64,000 bases of DNA from Zancudomyces culisetae HAW-14-8 (Eukaryota; Fungi; Kickxellomycota), in the NCBI GenBank assembly GCA_052426225.1, contig JBNJNM010000024.1, positions 52,274 through 116,273 of the forward strand, in the 5' to 3' direction. The translations under genes were made by a program, and so were the position numbers. The notes below the pieces were generated by a model, which made no database searches, was not told where the DNA came from, and saw only the letters and a program-made list of their open reading frames with translations. Positions 28,258-39,977 of this stretch are shown in pieces (position 1 is the stretch's first letter; the number at the start of each line of letters is the position of its first letter).

Positions 28258-31200
28258 ATGCTAGCGTTATTTATTATTGGTATTTTATTTATACCAAACA
28301 TTAACAGTTATTGCAGCAAATGTCAAGATTGGGCATTAGGCGTATCTATCGTATCATACAGTGGTACATATAAAGCTGTTGATCAATACAACTCATTATC
28401 AACTTCTGGTTGGGATAGTATGAGCTTTGGTAACTATAAACTAAACATTAGACGTGATGGATATTTTATTTTGTCCGACAAAGATTCTGGTGTATGGTGG
28501 AGTGGTACTTCGGGTTCGGCTAGTAAGTATGATGTTGTGATGCAGCCTGATGGTAATCTGGTATTATATGCAGATGGTAATAAAGCTACATGGGCTTCTA
28601 ACACTGCCAACAGAGGAACGGGTCCGTATTGTGCTATGCTTCAACGTGATAGAAACTTTGTTATTTATGATAATAATTGTTCAGCTACGTGGGCTAGCAA
28701 TACAGTAAAACCTGATCCAACTCCGGATAAAGATGGCAATTGTTATTTTATAACAGTGCAACCTGGTGATTGGTGTCAGAAAATTATAGATGACGCTGGC
28801 ATTTCGTCAACTCAGTTATTCGATTATAATAAAAGTACATGGAAATGGGATGGGTGTGATAAACTATACCCTGGTCAGAAATTATGTATATCTCCTGGTA
28901 AACCTCCTATTCCAACTCCAGATCCCAATGCAGAATGTGGTCCTTTAGCACCCGGAGATAAGTATAATACCGATTGTCCTTTAAACGCTTGCTGTGGTGA
29001 ATGGGGTTATTGTGGCATTACCGAAGACTTCTGTAAAAAGAAAAACAGTACAACTAACGCTCCAGGCACTACAGGTTGTTATAGTAATTGTGTTATCGAA
29101 TACGTAATGTCCGAACCCCCTTCTAATTTTAGAAAAATTGCTTATTATGAAACATGGAATCAAAACTGGCCATGCTTGAACAAACGTATTGACGAAATAG
29201 ACTGGTCTCAATATACCCATCTTCATTATGCATTTGCCGATATTGTTGATTATAATGTCCAAATGGATTTCAGAGCTAGAGAGCAATTCGAAGCTTTTAA
29301 ATCTCTTAGAGGTATTAAGAGAATATTAAGTATAGGTGGTTGGGGTATAAGTACAGATAGTGGTACATATAATAATCTTAGAAAAGCTGTAGCTAATTGG
29401 GAAGTATCTGCTGCAAATGTGGCCAAATTTATTATCGATAATAATCTGGATGGTGTAGATATAGATTGGGAATATCCAGGAGCTACTGATATTCCAGGTG
29501 TTCCAATTGGTGATTCTTATGATCCAATATATTATACATTGTTTGTTTATGAATTATTTATTAAACTTTATCCATTAGGTAAGACTGTATCTATAGCGGC
29601 ACCAGCTAGTTATTGGTATCTTAAGAATTTTATAATAGATATAATGTCGGAATTTACAGATTATATAGTATTTATGACTTATGATTTGCACGGACAATGG
29701 GATTATACCAATTTATGGACAGGTAATTATCTTAAGTCGCACGTAAATATGACTGAAACTTTAGAAATGCTAGCTTTGATAACACATGCAGGCGTAAAAT
29801 CCAATAAAGTTTTATTAGGTATTGCTAAGTATGGTAGAACTTTTGGCATGGAAGATCCCAACTGCTACGGTCCAGATTGTAGATTTGCCGGTATAGAATC
29901 AAAAGCAAAACCGGGTAAATGTACAAATACACCTGGTTATTTAGCTTTGGGGGAAATTAGAGATATTCTGAAAAGCGAAACTATAAGAAAACATTATGAT
30001 GACGATCTATCTCAGATTCTGGTATATGGTACAGATCAATGGGTTTCTTATCTTACAGATGAACAAATTAGCTTCAGAAATGATCTAGCCTCATTCGCCA
30101 ATATGGGGGGTACTGTTACGTGGGCAGAGGATCTAGATGCCGGAAATAAAATATCATGCGACACATCAGATATATACGATTTCAATACACTACTGTCATC
30201 ATCATGTACGCGTAACTATTTAAGAGATATTATGGTTGATTATATAAAAGGTGTAATATCATACTGGAGAAGCAATGCATCTTTAACTTATGATAGTGAT
30301 ATAAAACAATTCAAAGATAAATTCAATATAGTATATTCTATAAGTTCAAAAGCCGATTATGATGAATTATTTACAAAAATGGATAAGTTTATAACTAATA
30401 TAGATGTTAAAAATGATAATAACTACGCCATATTATATTTTTATTATAAGAGATGTATCGTATTTGGTTCTTCCATTAATTATAATAATAAAAAGAGAGG
30501 ATTAAATGAACCCTTTGTTGGAATGATAAATACTTCAGCTATTGGTGTTTTTGTTTATACTGGAGTTCAAGTGTATACAAGTGGGTTACAAGCTGCTTTA
30601 TTGGCGATATCAATACCAGGGCTAGCTTCTGGTGTAGTTGTCGGAGCAATTTCACTTGGTTTACTCGCTATCGCCACGATAATAGCAAATTATAATAAAG
30701 ACACATTTCCCATCCCCGATGATCTAATGAAAATTATTAATAGTAATCAAGCGAATTTAGAACATACAATAGAATTAATAAATAATCCCACAAATTCAAA
30801 GTATCCTGTTGATTTTGTAATAAATGATGATTTAATAGGGTATGATATGGAAAAATATCAGGATCAGTATAGTATTCAACCGGTAAGTGATATGCCTATG
30901 ATTTTACAACATAAAGCTTATTTTAACTGGTATAAAAAAGCTACGAGTCCGCAAAATTATTGTGTTAGAAATCCCAATATAGATGATGATTATAATATAT
31001 TTACGAAAACTATAACAGAAAATAATGATGGAGATGATGAGCCGATATACTATGTAAACTTTCACGGTCGGAGCGTAGGTGTAGCATGCAATGCTTATAT
31101 TTATTTCGTGTTTACAGAAATTAATAGACTTAGACTTATTAATGGGGATGATGATGCAATAGATGTCCCGCAAGAACTACTACCCGTTGCATATAATACA

Positions 31201-31707
31201 TTTACACGTCGACCAGACGGTCGAAAGAATGACGACCCTTATCTAGATCAGCATTCGTGCGTTAATCTACCCGGTCGAATAATTAATCGAAGTGATAACA
31301 AAACAATGGTAATACCAGATTATCAAAGAGATGAATTTCCATTTGGAAGTATGAGTGAAGGAATGAATAACATAACAAATCCGGACGAATATTATATTTC
31401 TGTTAGATGCGTTTATAAAAGTGAAAATACATATGACGGTATACAATTTCGCCATTTTTTAAATGCGACTGGAATTTGGAAAAAAAACGACATATTAAAT
31501 CCTTTATCATCTCCTCGCGTTGGACCTATACCTCCCGGGGGGGCTTTTCGAGTATATTTATTAAATTTCAACCCAACTCTATGTCAGCAATCAGCTATTA
31601 TTCCTGTGAGAACAGGATTACGACAAGGAGTAAGAAATTATTTCAATGAGTTTTTTCCTGTTAGTAACGAGCCTGTAATTATACAGCAAAGAAAAAAAGG
31701 AATATGA
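28258..31707 (+). CDS. Killer-toxin GH18 chitinase/nuclease precursor (copy 2)
   Basis: Identical to 2226..5675. Confidence 0.9.
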   Translation: MLALFIIGILFIPNINSYCSKCQDWALGVSIVSYSGTYKAVDQYNSLSTSGWDSMSFGNYKLNIRRDGYFILSDKDSGVWWSGTSGSASKYDVVMQPDGNLVLYADGNKATWASNTANRGTGPYCAMLQRDRNFVIYDNNCSATWASNTVKPDPTPDKDGNCYFITVQPGDWCQKIIDDAGISSTQLFDYNKSTWKWDGCDKLYPGQKLCISPGKPPIPTPDPNAECGPLAPGDKYNTDCPLNACCGEWGYCGITEDFCKKKNSTTNAPGTTGCYSNCVIEYVMSEPPSNFRKIAYYETWNQNWPCLNKRIDEIDWSQYTHLHYAFADIVDYNVQMDFRAREQFEAFKSLRGIKRILSIGGWGISTDSGTYNNLRKAVANWEVSAANVAKFIIDNNLDGVDIDWEYPGATDIPGVPIGDSYDPIYYTLFVYELFIKLYPLGKTVSIAAPASYWYLKNFIIDIMSEFTDYIVFMTYDLHGQWDYTNLWTGNYLKSHVNMTETLEMLALITHAGVKSNKVLLGIAKYGRTFGMEDPNCYGPDCRFAGIESKAKPGKCTNTPGYLALGEIRDILKSETIRKHYDDDLSQILVYGTDQWVSYLTDEQISFRNDLASFANMGGTVTWAEDLDAGNKISCDTSDIYDFNTLLSSSCTRNYLRDIMVDYIKGVISYWRSNASLTYDSDIKQFKDKFNIVYSISSKADYDELFTKMDKFITNIDVKNDNNYAILYFYYKRCIVFGSSINYNNKKRGLNEPFVGMINTSAIGVFVYTGVQVYTSGLQAALLAISIPGLASGVVVGAISLGLLAIATIIANYNKDTFPIPDDLMKIINSNQANLEHTIELINNPTNSKYPVDFVINDDLIGYDMEKYQDQYSIQPVSDMPMILQHKAYFNWYKKATSPQNYCVRNPNIDDDYNIFTKTITENNDGDDEPIYYVNFHGRSVGVACNAYIYFVFTEINRLRLINGDDDAIDVPQELLPVAYNTFTRRPDGRKNDDPYLDQHSCVNLPGRIINRSDNKTMVIPDYQRDEFPFGSMSEGMNNITNPDEYYISVRCVYKSENTYDGIQFRHFLNATGIWKKNDILNPLSSPRVGPIPPGGAFRVYLLNFNPTLCQQSAIIPVRTGLRQGVRNYFNEFFPVSNEPVIIQQRKKGI

Positions 31708-32171
31708 AATATTTATTTTTTAAAATGTCTAGTATAGAAATTAATAATCTGAAAGAATTATTTTTCAATTCATCTGATAAATATAAAAATAACAGTATAG
31801 CTATTTTATGCTGTCATTATTCGGGTTTAAATTTGTCAAATGGTTATATAAGAAGAACAATAACATCAACTAAGCGTGCCGTGAAATATCATAAATCAGA
31901 TATTATACAATATGTAGAAGATATAAATATACATAAAAATATAATAGCTATATTATGTACGCCTTTAATATCTAATAGTGATGAAGATGATAAATTAATG
32001 ATGCACTTTCTTAAAATACTTAATTGCTCTAAAGCTATGATTATATATCCAAGTTCTGTAAGAATTTTTTCTATGAATAATGAAGGTACGAATATATATC
32101 AATTTTTCAGTTTTGATGCATCAACACAATTAACCGATCTGATATCATATTTAAGGGATTTGAGACATTGA
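31704..32171 (+). CDS. Candidate immunity protein (copy 2)
   Basis: Identical to 5672..6139. Confidence 0.6.
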   Translation: MKYLFFKMSSIEINNLKELFFNSSDKYKNNSIAILCCHYSGLNLSNGYIRRTITSTKRAVKYHKSDIIQYVEDINIHKNIIAILCTPLISNSDEDDKLMMHFLKILNCSKAMIIYPSSVRIFSMNNEGTNIYQFFSFDASTQLTDLISYLRDLRH

Positions 32172-32232
32172 AGCATCACCTATTATTATATGAATATATA
32201 ACTCATTTTAAAATATTTAAATTAATATTAAA

Positions 32233-33153
32233 ATGAATATAGACGAATACAACCCTTTAAGCAGTATTGTTTGTAATTATGCAAATTTTAAATTCATAAT
32301 ACCTGGTGAGTTTAAATCTGTATCTATCGATGACAATATTTTCTGTATAAAAAATGAACATCACTCTTTGGGAGAAGAATTTAGCATATTATTAAATGAA
32401 AATGGAGATAAAATGTATATTGCGCATAATAATAAATATTTATGCATGATGAACGATAAAATGGGTGCGTGTGATCATTTAAATGATAATATAATTATTC
32501 TGGATAAAGTATTTAATGACTACAGATTTTGTGATGTATATAGAATAAAGTGTGGAGATCTATATTTAAATAAAAGTATGACTTTTGAATATTCCGATAA
32601 AAATGCAATTATATTACAACTGGACTCGTCTAATATGATAAATACTGATAATTTGTCCAATTTTGCATCTGACACGCAAGATGTAATAACAATGAATGGT
32701 ATCAGTATTCGAAATAAAGGTGCATTTTTTATGCGTTTAGCTCATGAGGGTGAAACTGCTTATATTACTATAAACATAGATGACGACATTCCGAATGAAA
32801 ATGATATAGGAAAAGTGTATATATTTGATGATAAATTTTATAACTCACCATTTGGAATATTTTTTGAATTCTATAAAGATGATATTGATGATAAAGAAAA
32901 GACTTATCTAAAAGTTATGGATCTTATCAGTAGAGAGGAATATTATATAAATTCATATTTTAAACTATCTATAAATCGTATAGATGACGGTATTGAGTTT
33001 GTAGAATCTAAATATAAAAGCGCATATTATATAAAAAATATAAAATACAACACATATTATGCTATAGAAGACATTAATTTCGGGCATCCATATGAAATAA
33101 AAAATATTGATGATATAAAAGATGCGTTATTATTTCAGTTTATTCATTTTTAA
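32233..33153 (+). CDS. Hypothetical protein (copy 2)
   Basis: Identical to 6201..7121. Confidence 0.7.
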   Translation: MNIDEYNPLSSIVCNYANFKFIIPGEFKSVSIDDNIFCIKNEHHSLGEEFSILLNENGDKMYIAHNNKYLCMMNDKMGACDHLNDNIIILDKVFNDYRFCDVYRIKCGDLYLNKSMTFEYSDKNAIILQLDSSNMINTDNLSNFASDTQDVITMNGISIRNKGAFFMRLAHEGETAYITINIDDDIPNENDIGKVYIFDDKFYNSPFGIFFEFYKDDIDDKEKTYLKVMDLISREEYYINSYFKLSINRIDDGIEFVESKYKSAYYIKNIKYNTYYAIEDINFGHPYEIKNIDDIKDALLFQFIHF

Positions 33154-33179
33154 TATTTTAAAGTTTTAAAATTTTTAAT

Positions 33180-33593
33180 TTATTGAACTTCATTATTAAA
33201 CCAATTTATGCATGCTCCAAAAGCATTATCGCAGAATGTCTGGCAGTATACCGACGAGTAAAGATCATAACAATCAAAATTAAGTTTATAGCCATTACCT
33301 TTACACGTGTAGAATGGCGTGGTATTTATTTTATATGTGCCATTGGAAAAATCAATGTTTAAATCACCTATTCCCAGTTCGACATGATAATTTCCTTCAT
33401 AGAATCCCATAGTTTTAACTCCTAAAGCAAAACTGTCGTATTGTTTCATTTTCACATCATTGTATAAATAGACACATGCCGAACCTACATTGTGAAATGG
33501 TTTGGATTTATATCCTGATAGTATAAATAAGCATGAATCAACCTTTAAAACAAATAAAATATTAAAAATAAATAAACTGAAATAATAACGCAT
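33180..33593 (-). CDS. Small secreted Cys protein (copy 2)
   Basis: Identical to 7148..7561. Confidence 0.7.
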   Translation of the reverse strand: MRYYFSLFIFNILFVLKVDSCLFILSGYKSKPFHNVGSACVYLYNDVKMKQYDSFALGVKTMGFYEGNYHVELGIGDLNIDFSNGTYKINTTPFYTCKGNGYKLNFDCYDLYSSVYCQTFCDNAFGACINWFNNEVQ

Positions 33594-33756
33594 CTTTTAT
33601 ATTTTTAGTATTGGATATAAATATAGGGAAACTATAATTTTCATCATTTATATTATAATATGTGTTATGAATCACATTTTTTATAAAATACATACCTTTA
33701 TATTTAGATTCTACAAATTCAATACCATCATCTATACGATTTATAGATAGTTTCAT
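33562..33756 (-). CDS. 64-aa paralog fragment (copy 2)
   Basis: Identical to 7530..7724. Confidence 0.55.
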   Translation of the reverse strand: MKLSINRIDDGIEFVESKYKGMYFIKNVIHNTYYNINDENYSFPIFISNTKNIKDALLFQFIYF

Positions 33757-33897
33757 TTCTTGATCGGGATAATAACTTTCATTATTTTCATAATTAAATA
33801 TTGTAAGTTATATGTATTATTTTTATTTTTTCAATTTTGCTATATTAGAATATATTTTAAATATAAAACTACTTAATATAGTAAAACGTTGAAAATA

Positions 33898-35094
33898 TTA
33901 AATACTTTCCGACGATTCGATTAATTCTGACGATGTAGCCAATGGAAGTATACCAGTATTCCCATCTTTAATATAGCTATAAAATGTTACAACCCTCCCA
34001 AATAATTCCATAATTTTATATAGAAAATGTCTACATTCGACATTAGCTATTATTTCATCAGTATCATCGAAAACGACTAATTCATTCAAGACGCATATAT
34101 TTTCCAAATTATACAACTCATTTTTTAATTCAATTTCTCGTTCTATTTCATAATTAGTTTTATTAACATTTTTTTTATACAATTCTAATTCTTTATAACA
34201 TTTATGATTTACTAATATTTTTTTTATATTTTCAGGTGTAAATTTTATATAATAAAATCTGGGTATTAACCCCATAAATAAAATACCAAAAATCATATCA
34301 TCCTTAAAATCTTCCGAAGTAAAACCATCTTTACCTATACGTTTGAAATATAACAATAACATTTCTCCAAATAATTGAGCTCTAGCTTTCCCTATAAGTG
34401 TAGACGAATTAGTAACATTAGTTGACTTTTTATTTTCTATAGCAATGTTAGCATAATTCTTTCTATCAGTTATTCCTATATCAATTTCAGATGAAAATTC
34501 TAAAAGATGATTATTTATATTTATGGTAAATTTGCCAATAGCGAATGAATTGTCTGGGGCAAATCTAAATATACTAAGCAGTTTGGCCACATAAGAATCA
34601 ACAATATTCTCGCTAACGTATGCATCACGCATAAAAATATATAAATCCAAAACAAATTCAAGTATTTTGAATTCTTTAAGCATAGTGTTCATTTCATCCC
34701 TAGTTCTAAAATCATCTTTATACAAAATATCGGTATATGTTTTTAACGCATCTATATATTCTGGCTTCATGATATTTTTTGCTTTAACAATTTCAATATA
34801 ATCATTCAAACTACACTTGATTATATTATCCAATTCTTTTATACCGATAGTATTTATGAATTTTTCGAAAAGAGAATATCTATAATGAATGCTATCTATA
34901 CTTCTATTAAATTCTATAGATGCAAATCTAACATTTAATCCAGATTTTATGTATTTATCCGACCAATGACTTGCAGAATCGAATATATAAGTATCATTAT
35001 CATCAAAAAATTGACTCTGATGTTTTCTTTTACTGGCTGATGAAGGTGATATTGAAGCTTGGTTGTTATTATCGGGCGAAATTGATTCATCCAT
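33898..35094 (-). CDS. PD-(D/E)xK nuclease-fold protein (copy 2)
   Basis: Identical to 7866..9062. Confidence 0.65.
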   Translation of the reverse strand: MDESISPDNNNQASISPSSASKRKHQSQFFDDNDTYIFDSASHWSDKYIKSGLNVRFASIEFNRSIDSIHYRYSLFEKFINTIGIKELDNIIKCSLNDYIEIVKAKNIMKPEYIDALKTYTDILYKDDFRTRDEMNTMLKEFKILEFVLDLYIFMRDAYVSENIVDSYVAKLLSIFRFAPDNSFAIGKFTININNHLLEFSSEIDIGITDRKNYANIAIENKKSTNVTNSSTLIGKARAQLFGEMLLLYFKRIGKDGFTSEDFKDDMIFGILFMGLIPRFYYIKFTPENIKKILVNHKCYKELELYKKNVNKTNYEIEREIELKNELYNLENICVLNELVVFDDTDEIIANVECRHFLYKIMELFGRVVTFYSYIKDGNTGILPLATSSELIESSESI

Positions 35095-35425
35095 TATTTA
35101 TATGTTATATTTTTTGATATATACTCGATATATGTTTAGTTCCATTAATAATTACAAATCAAATAGTATATTATTAATAGCATGTATATTATACTGTTAA
35201 TCAATATATATTTATAAAAATACGTGATAATAGTATCAATCAAAACATATTTTTAATCCTAATAAAAAGATAATATTTTTTTATCCTTTATAGTATTCAA
35301 TGGATATTATTTGTTATAACGAAAAAAATGATTTCGGATTAAAATTATTCAAGTTGAATAAAAAATAACAAATTGATAATATATATTTAAAATAGTAATA
35401 TTCGACTTTTAAAAATATTGGATTA

Positions 35426-37519
35426 TTATATATTGTTTACCATTCTAAACACTTTACCGGATGCTTCCATCACCGAATCTATTGATTTAGAAATGTTATT
35501 TAAATACCACTTATAATCAATGGGGTCGGTATTATCAATGGGTCTTAGTTTATCTCCGAGATTATTTTTACCATTTTCCGTAGTTGATACGAATACAAAA
35601 AATGTTTCACCTTTTTTTAATGGTCCGTATTTTCTATTATATACTTCTAATGGATAATTATCCATTTTATAAGGTCCATTGTATATTTTCTTTATAATAA
35701 ATTCGGATTTATCTAAAGTATGAATATTTGATATCAGCATTCTACAGTGATCTCTAAACAATATATCATTCATTACTCTATATGTTATATCTTTATATAT
35801 ACTAACTGCAAATTTGCATCTATCTCTTCTAACAGCTACTACTCCTTTATATTTAATATTATTATCATAATCCAATGTTATATACATTTTCTTACCTAAT
35901 GAAAGAAATTTTTTATATCTACATTCAAACTTCATTTTTATCGGATCTGGAAATAGATTAGTAACTTCATCAGCTAGTTTTATATGCATTTCATCATTCA
36001 TTTCCACATCGTTTGTATATATACACGAATCTGTATCGCCATATATTACATCAAAACCTTTATCAGTTAAAAAAGTTATAGATTTTTCCAGATTTATTCT
36101 ACCTATATAAGTTATCCTGGATGCAGCTTGTGTAAAACATAACTCACCAGCAGAACCAAAAATTCCATATACAGAATTTGCACATATTTTTAATGCATTA
36201 GCATATGGTTTATTATTTTTATATTTAACTCTAGCATCAACTAATTTTTTTACCATGTTGGGAATAATACCAAATTTAGTTTTATCAAAGAATTTACCAT
36301 TCCATGTACTATAGCATATATTTTCGGAAATTATAATAGAAGGATATAATGATGTGAAGTCCATACATGCAGCATGTTTATATAATTTTGGTTTGCATTC
36401 TACAACTATAGCTCCTTTATATTCATCTTTATCATATTTGTTAAATTCCATATGATAATTATACTTTTTACATTCGATATATAACATATTTTTCATTCTT
36501 ATCTGCTGCCCCCTAGTAAATAATTCTTCAACATTGGTATATGTTATATTAGATAAAGAAATGATGCTTTCCAGCATGGAACATTTTTTTGCGATATCCA
36601 TGACCAATAGACAATCTTTGACGCAATATTTTACTATATCGGATATTTTATCTGGATTTTTATGTATGTTATCCCATAAATCCCACATTTCATAAGAATT
36701 TAAATCTTCTTTATATCCGCAGTTGAAAAAATTGGAAACGGTATTTAATCTATAATCGTCTATATTAAATGTACGTTTACAGTAATGATATAGATCTACA
36801 CATAATATACCATCTATACTAGGGTAGCTTATATCATTATTGGTGTATGCAGAACTACTCCATGTAATTTCAATCATTTTTGAATCTAGTGGATGTCTAG
36901 CATTTATATATCTCCAGTCGAAACCGTGTGTATTATAACCAATTAATATATTTGCAGATTTTATATAATTGTAAAAATTGATAATTAATTCATCTTCGCT
37001 ATTGCAATATTTAATGTTGGTAGATTTTATATCTATATTGGTATTAATAAATGTTATATTATCGCATTTATTAGATACGACACTTATGCATATAATTGAA
37101 TCTTCTTTTTTCTTAGGATCTGGGAATGTTCTATCGCGAGAATAGACTTCTATATCAAAACTCATTATATGCAATTCGGGAATTATATCTATGGATAAAT
37201 AATATATATCATGCATAGATAAATTTTCCAGATCATTATTAATTAATTTGATCCAGCAACATTGTTTCAAACCTTTAATATAAAGAAATTCCAGTACACT
37301 ATTCTTATGTTTTCTAGTTTGTATATCTACCATTACATCTTTTGACATTATAAGAGATTTTTTTCTTAAATTGCAACCTTTCACTTCTACAGTGGGATAA
37401 AAATCTTTTATAATTATATAAACATTATCTTTATCTTTATTAGCGATACCGTATCCATATATCCAATTATTTTTATATTCCCATTTATAGATAAAAATTT
37501 TCATTGTTTCTTTATCCAT
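35426..37519 (-). CDS. polB: Family B DNA polymerase (copy 2)
   Basis: Identical to 9394..11487. Confidence 0.97.
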   Translation of the reverse strand: MDKETMKIFIYKWEYKNNWIYGYGIANKDKDNVYIIIKDFYPTVEVKGCNLRKKSLIMSKDVMVDIQTRKHKNSVLEFLYIKGLKQCCWIKLINNDLENLSMHDIYYLSIDIIPELHIMSFDIEVYSRDRTFPDPKKKEDSIICISVVSNKCDNITFINTNIDIKSTNIKYCNSEDELIINFYNYIKSANILIGYNTHGFDWRYINARHPLDSKMIEITWSSSAYTNNDISYPSIDGILCVDLYHYCKRTFNIDDYRLNTVSNFFNCGYKEDLNSYEMWDLWDNIHKNPDKISDIVKYCVKDCLLVMDIAKKCSMLESIISLSNITYTNVEELFTRGQQIRMKNMLYIECKKYNYHMEFNKYDKDEYKGAIVVECKPKLYKHAACMDFTSLYPSIIISENICYSTWNGKFFDKTKFGIIPNMVKKLVDARVKYKNNKPYANALKICANSVYGIFGSAGELCFTQAASRITYIGRINLEKSITFLTDKGFDVIYGDTDSCIYTNDVEMNDEMHIKLADEVTNLFPDPIKMKFECRYKKFLSLGKKMYITLDYDNNIKYKGVVAVRRDRCKFAVSIYKDITYRVMNDILFRDHCRMLISNIHTLDKSEFIIKKIYNGPYKMDNYPLEVYNRKYGPLKKGETFFVFVSTTENGKNNLGDKLRPIDNTDPIDYKWYLNNISKSIDSVMEASGKVFRMVNNI

Positions 37520-37604
37520 TGTCTCTGAATACTATTAAGGATTTTTATTTATAAAATTTAGATATTTTTTAATTGTGATTGACTAATTACAAATTAAATC
37601 AAAT

Positions 37605-37787
37605 ATGCATAATAAGAAAATATACAATAATGTCTCTATAATTATAGAAGAAGGATTAACATGGGAGGATAGCAAAAAGAGATTCTGTATATTAGAAGGT
37701 AATATACAAAAAGTATATATAAGATATATTATAAAAAAGTATGGTTTCGACGCTGCTATGAAATTAGTATTCAAAGGAGACAAATAA
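37605..37787 (+). CDS. Small hypothetical protein (copy 2)
   Basis: Identical to 11573..11755. Confidence 0.55.
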   Translation: MHNKKIYNNVSIIIEEGLTWEDSKKRFCILEGNIQKVYIRYIIKKYGFDAAMKLVFKGDK

Positions 37788-37927
37788 TTTTAAATAGTTA
37801 GCTATTTAAATAAAATAGTTTTAAAACTTTTTTTATATATTGTTATTTGATGATATGCTATATTCCTATATACAATATATATATTTCGATAATATTAGTA
37901 TACATATTTTTTGTTATTCGAAAAATA
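37788..37927 (-). repeat. Inverted repeat IR-B
   Basis: Copy of 11756-11895. Confidence 0.92.
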
Positions 37928-37965
37928 AATATTATTTTTAATATAAAAACATCATAAAATATTTA

Positions 37966-39780
37966 TTACATTATTTTGGAGTATATTATATATGTGTACA
38001 TTTTGGAGAGTTCTTTTTCCTCTTTAGTCGCAAATGATATGTTATATTTATGAGTCAAATCATGTTTTTTATATCCGTTTCCAATCATAATATTATCTAT
38101 ATTTTTTATATCTGGTATTTCCTCCGTTATATTCGAAGCTGTACTAGTATTGGGTATATTTATATTTACCATGTTGTTTTCCAATTTGGTAATTTTTATA
38201 TTATCACTATCTAGATCGGAAGGTTTATCCATAATAATAAGTAGAGCATGTTTAGATCGGAGCATGAATTTGATGAAATCGTTACACCATGGTACGAAAA
38301 ATATGCTTACTATATCAAAATATATATTTTTTATATCTTGAACTTTACATCTTAGAAATGTTATATTTGCCGATACATTTCTAAGCCTGGTCTCGGGATC
38401 TATAGCATACACTTTAGTGAAATGATCCCACTTAGATATATCACCACCCAATCCAGAACCTATATCTAATAATATTCCATTAAATTTTTTTAGCATAATA
38501 AGCTTTATTTTGTTATGGTGATATCTTAGACATGGAATACCATGTCCTGTGCATATATTATCAATAACATCATCTTTAACCGGCATATAATAATTTGGAA
38601 TAAGTTTATCTTCTCTTTTTCTAATTGGATTTAAATTTATATCAAACTCATATATACATCCTTCTTCCAGCTCGATATGAGATATTCTTTGCGAATTGGT
38701 TTCTCTAGCTAAATATAAATATCCATTAATATATTGTAAATCAACTGTAGGATTTGGTTTAGATTTATACACTGTATTATAATAACCCTTTTCATTGGTC
38801 AATATAACACCGTCTATTTTTGCTGAAATATTATATATATTATCTTTAGCATTTCGCAAACTATCATAATCTGTTATTTTATATATATTTTTTAGTTTTA
38901 TCGAACATATATTTTCAGGTATACGTTCATTCTTTATTATATCAGCGGATATATATTTCCGAGTTTCTTCATTATATACTATATAATTATGAGTTATATC
39001 TTGTATATATTTTGCATATTTTAATCTATCTAAATAATTATTATCTGTTAACTTGACATTTTTATACATCATTATATCCAATATAAATATGTCGGTATTT
39101 ACCAATTCAACTTCATAAACAGTATCAAAATTATCCAATGAATTGCTCATGTTTATCTCTCCATTATCTTTAATTATACATATTACCCTTGTTTCAGTAT
39201 CGAGATACATAACAGCATGTTCGCCATCATATTTAGGCGATATATATAATATATTATTATCTATATTAGATAATATTTCTGATGCGTAAGCATCTTGTGG
39301 TTTTACACACGGCCAAAATGGTACAGAATAACTATTCAATATATCTATTGTCTCGGATAGTGTATCTCTCTCAAATTCAACTTCCAACATATATATATTA
39401 TTTTCTCTATTTATAACTACTAATGGATTATCTTGTATTTTGAGCCTGTCGATTTTTCTTAATATGTGTTTATTTAATATATAATCAAAATTTCTATATC
39501 TTTTCTCTACAGAACATACTATATTAATATTTTCTATAATAACTCTATCGACTAGTTCTTTTGTTTCTATATAATCCTTTCCATATTCCTTTCGTATAGT
39601 TAATGTTGGTAAATCTTGAGATTTATAATATTGAATTGTTATAGTCTCATAATCTATAAAGTTTGTAGGTGGGGGTATACACATTCTAGCTTCCAATTCT
39701 ATATTAGTATGTAATACATTACATTGTATAGATTCGAATACATTTAATATATTCTCGATTTTTTGTATTTTATCATCCAT
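37966..39780 (-). CDS. mRNA capping enzyme (copy 2)
   Basis: Identical to 11934..13748. Confidence 0.93.
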   Translation of the reverse strand: MDDKIQKIENILNVFESIQCNVLHTNIELEARMCIPPPTNFIDYETITIQYYKSQDLPTLTIRKEYGKDYIETKELVDRVIIENINIVCSVEKRYRNFDYILNKHILRKIDRLKIQDNPLVVINRENNIYMLEVEFERDTLSETIDILNSYSVPFWPCVKPQDAYASEILSNIDNNILYISPKYDGEHAVMYLDTETRVICIIKDNGEINMSNSLDNFDTVYEVELVNTDIFILDIMMYKNVKLTDNNYLDRLKYAKYIQDITHNYIVYNEETRKYISADIIKNERIPENICSIKLKNIYKITDYDSLRNAKDNIYNISAKIDGVILTNEKGYYNTVYKSKPNPTVDLQYINGYLYLARETNSQRISHIELEEGCIYEFDINLNPIRKREDKLIPNYYMPVKDDVIDNICTGHGIPCLRYHHNKIKLIMLKKFNGILLDIGSGLGGDISKWDHFTKVYAIDPETRLRNVSANITFLRCKVQDIKNIYFDIVSIFFVPWCNDFIKFMLRSKHALLIIMDKPSDLDSDNIKITKLENNMVNINIPNTSTASNITEEIPDIKNIDNIMIGNGYKKHDLTHKYNISFATKEEKELSKMYTYIIYSKIM

Positions 39781-39977
39781 TATATAATGTTAGATTGTTT
39801 TTTATTTTTTATCATCGATGTTTTTTTATAATAAATATATATCATATATGATTCTTTAGGATTTCAAAATATAAAAATTGATATTAATATCGAGAATATA
39901 TTGATATACGAATTATCACATAAAAAATTAGGACAACTATTTTGCTCAAATCAAACCAGTAAAATCGAATATAAAAA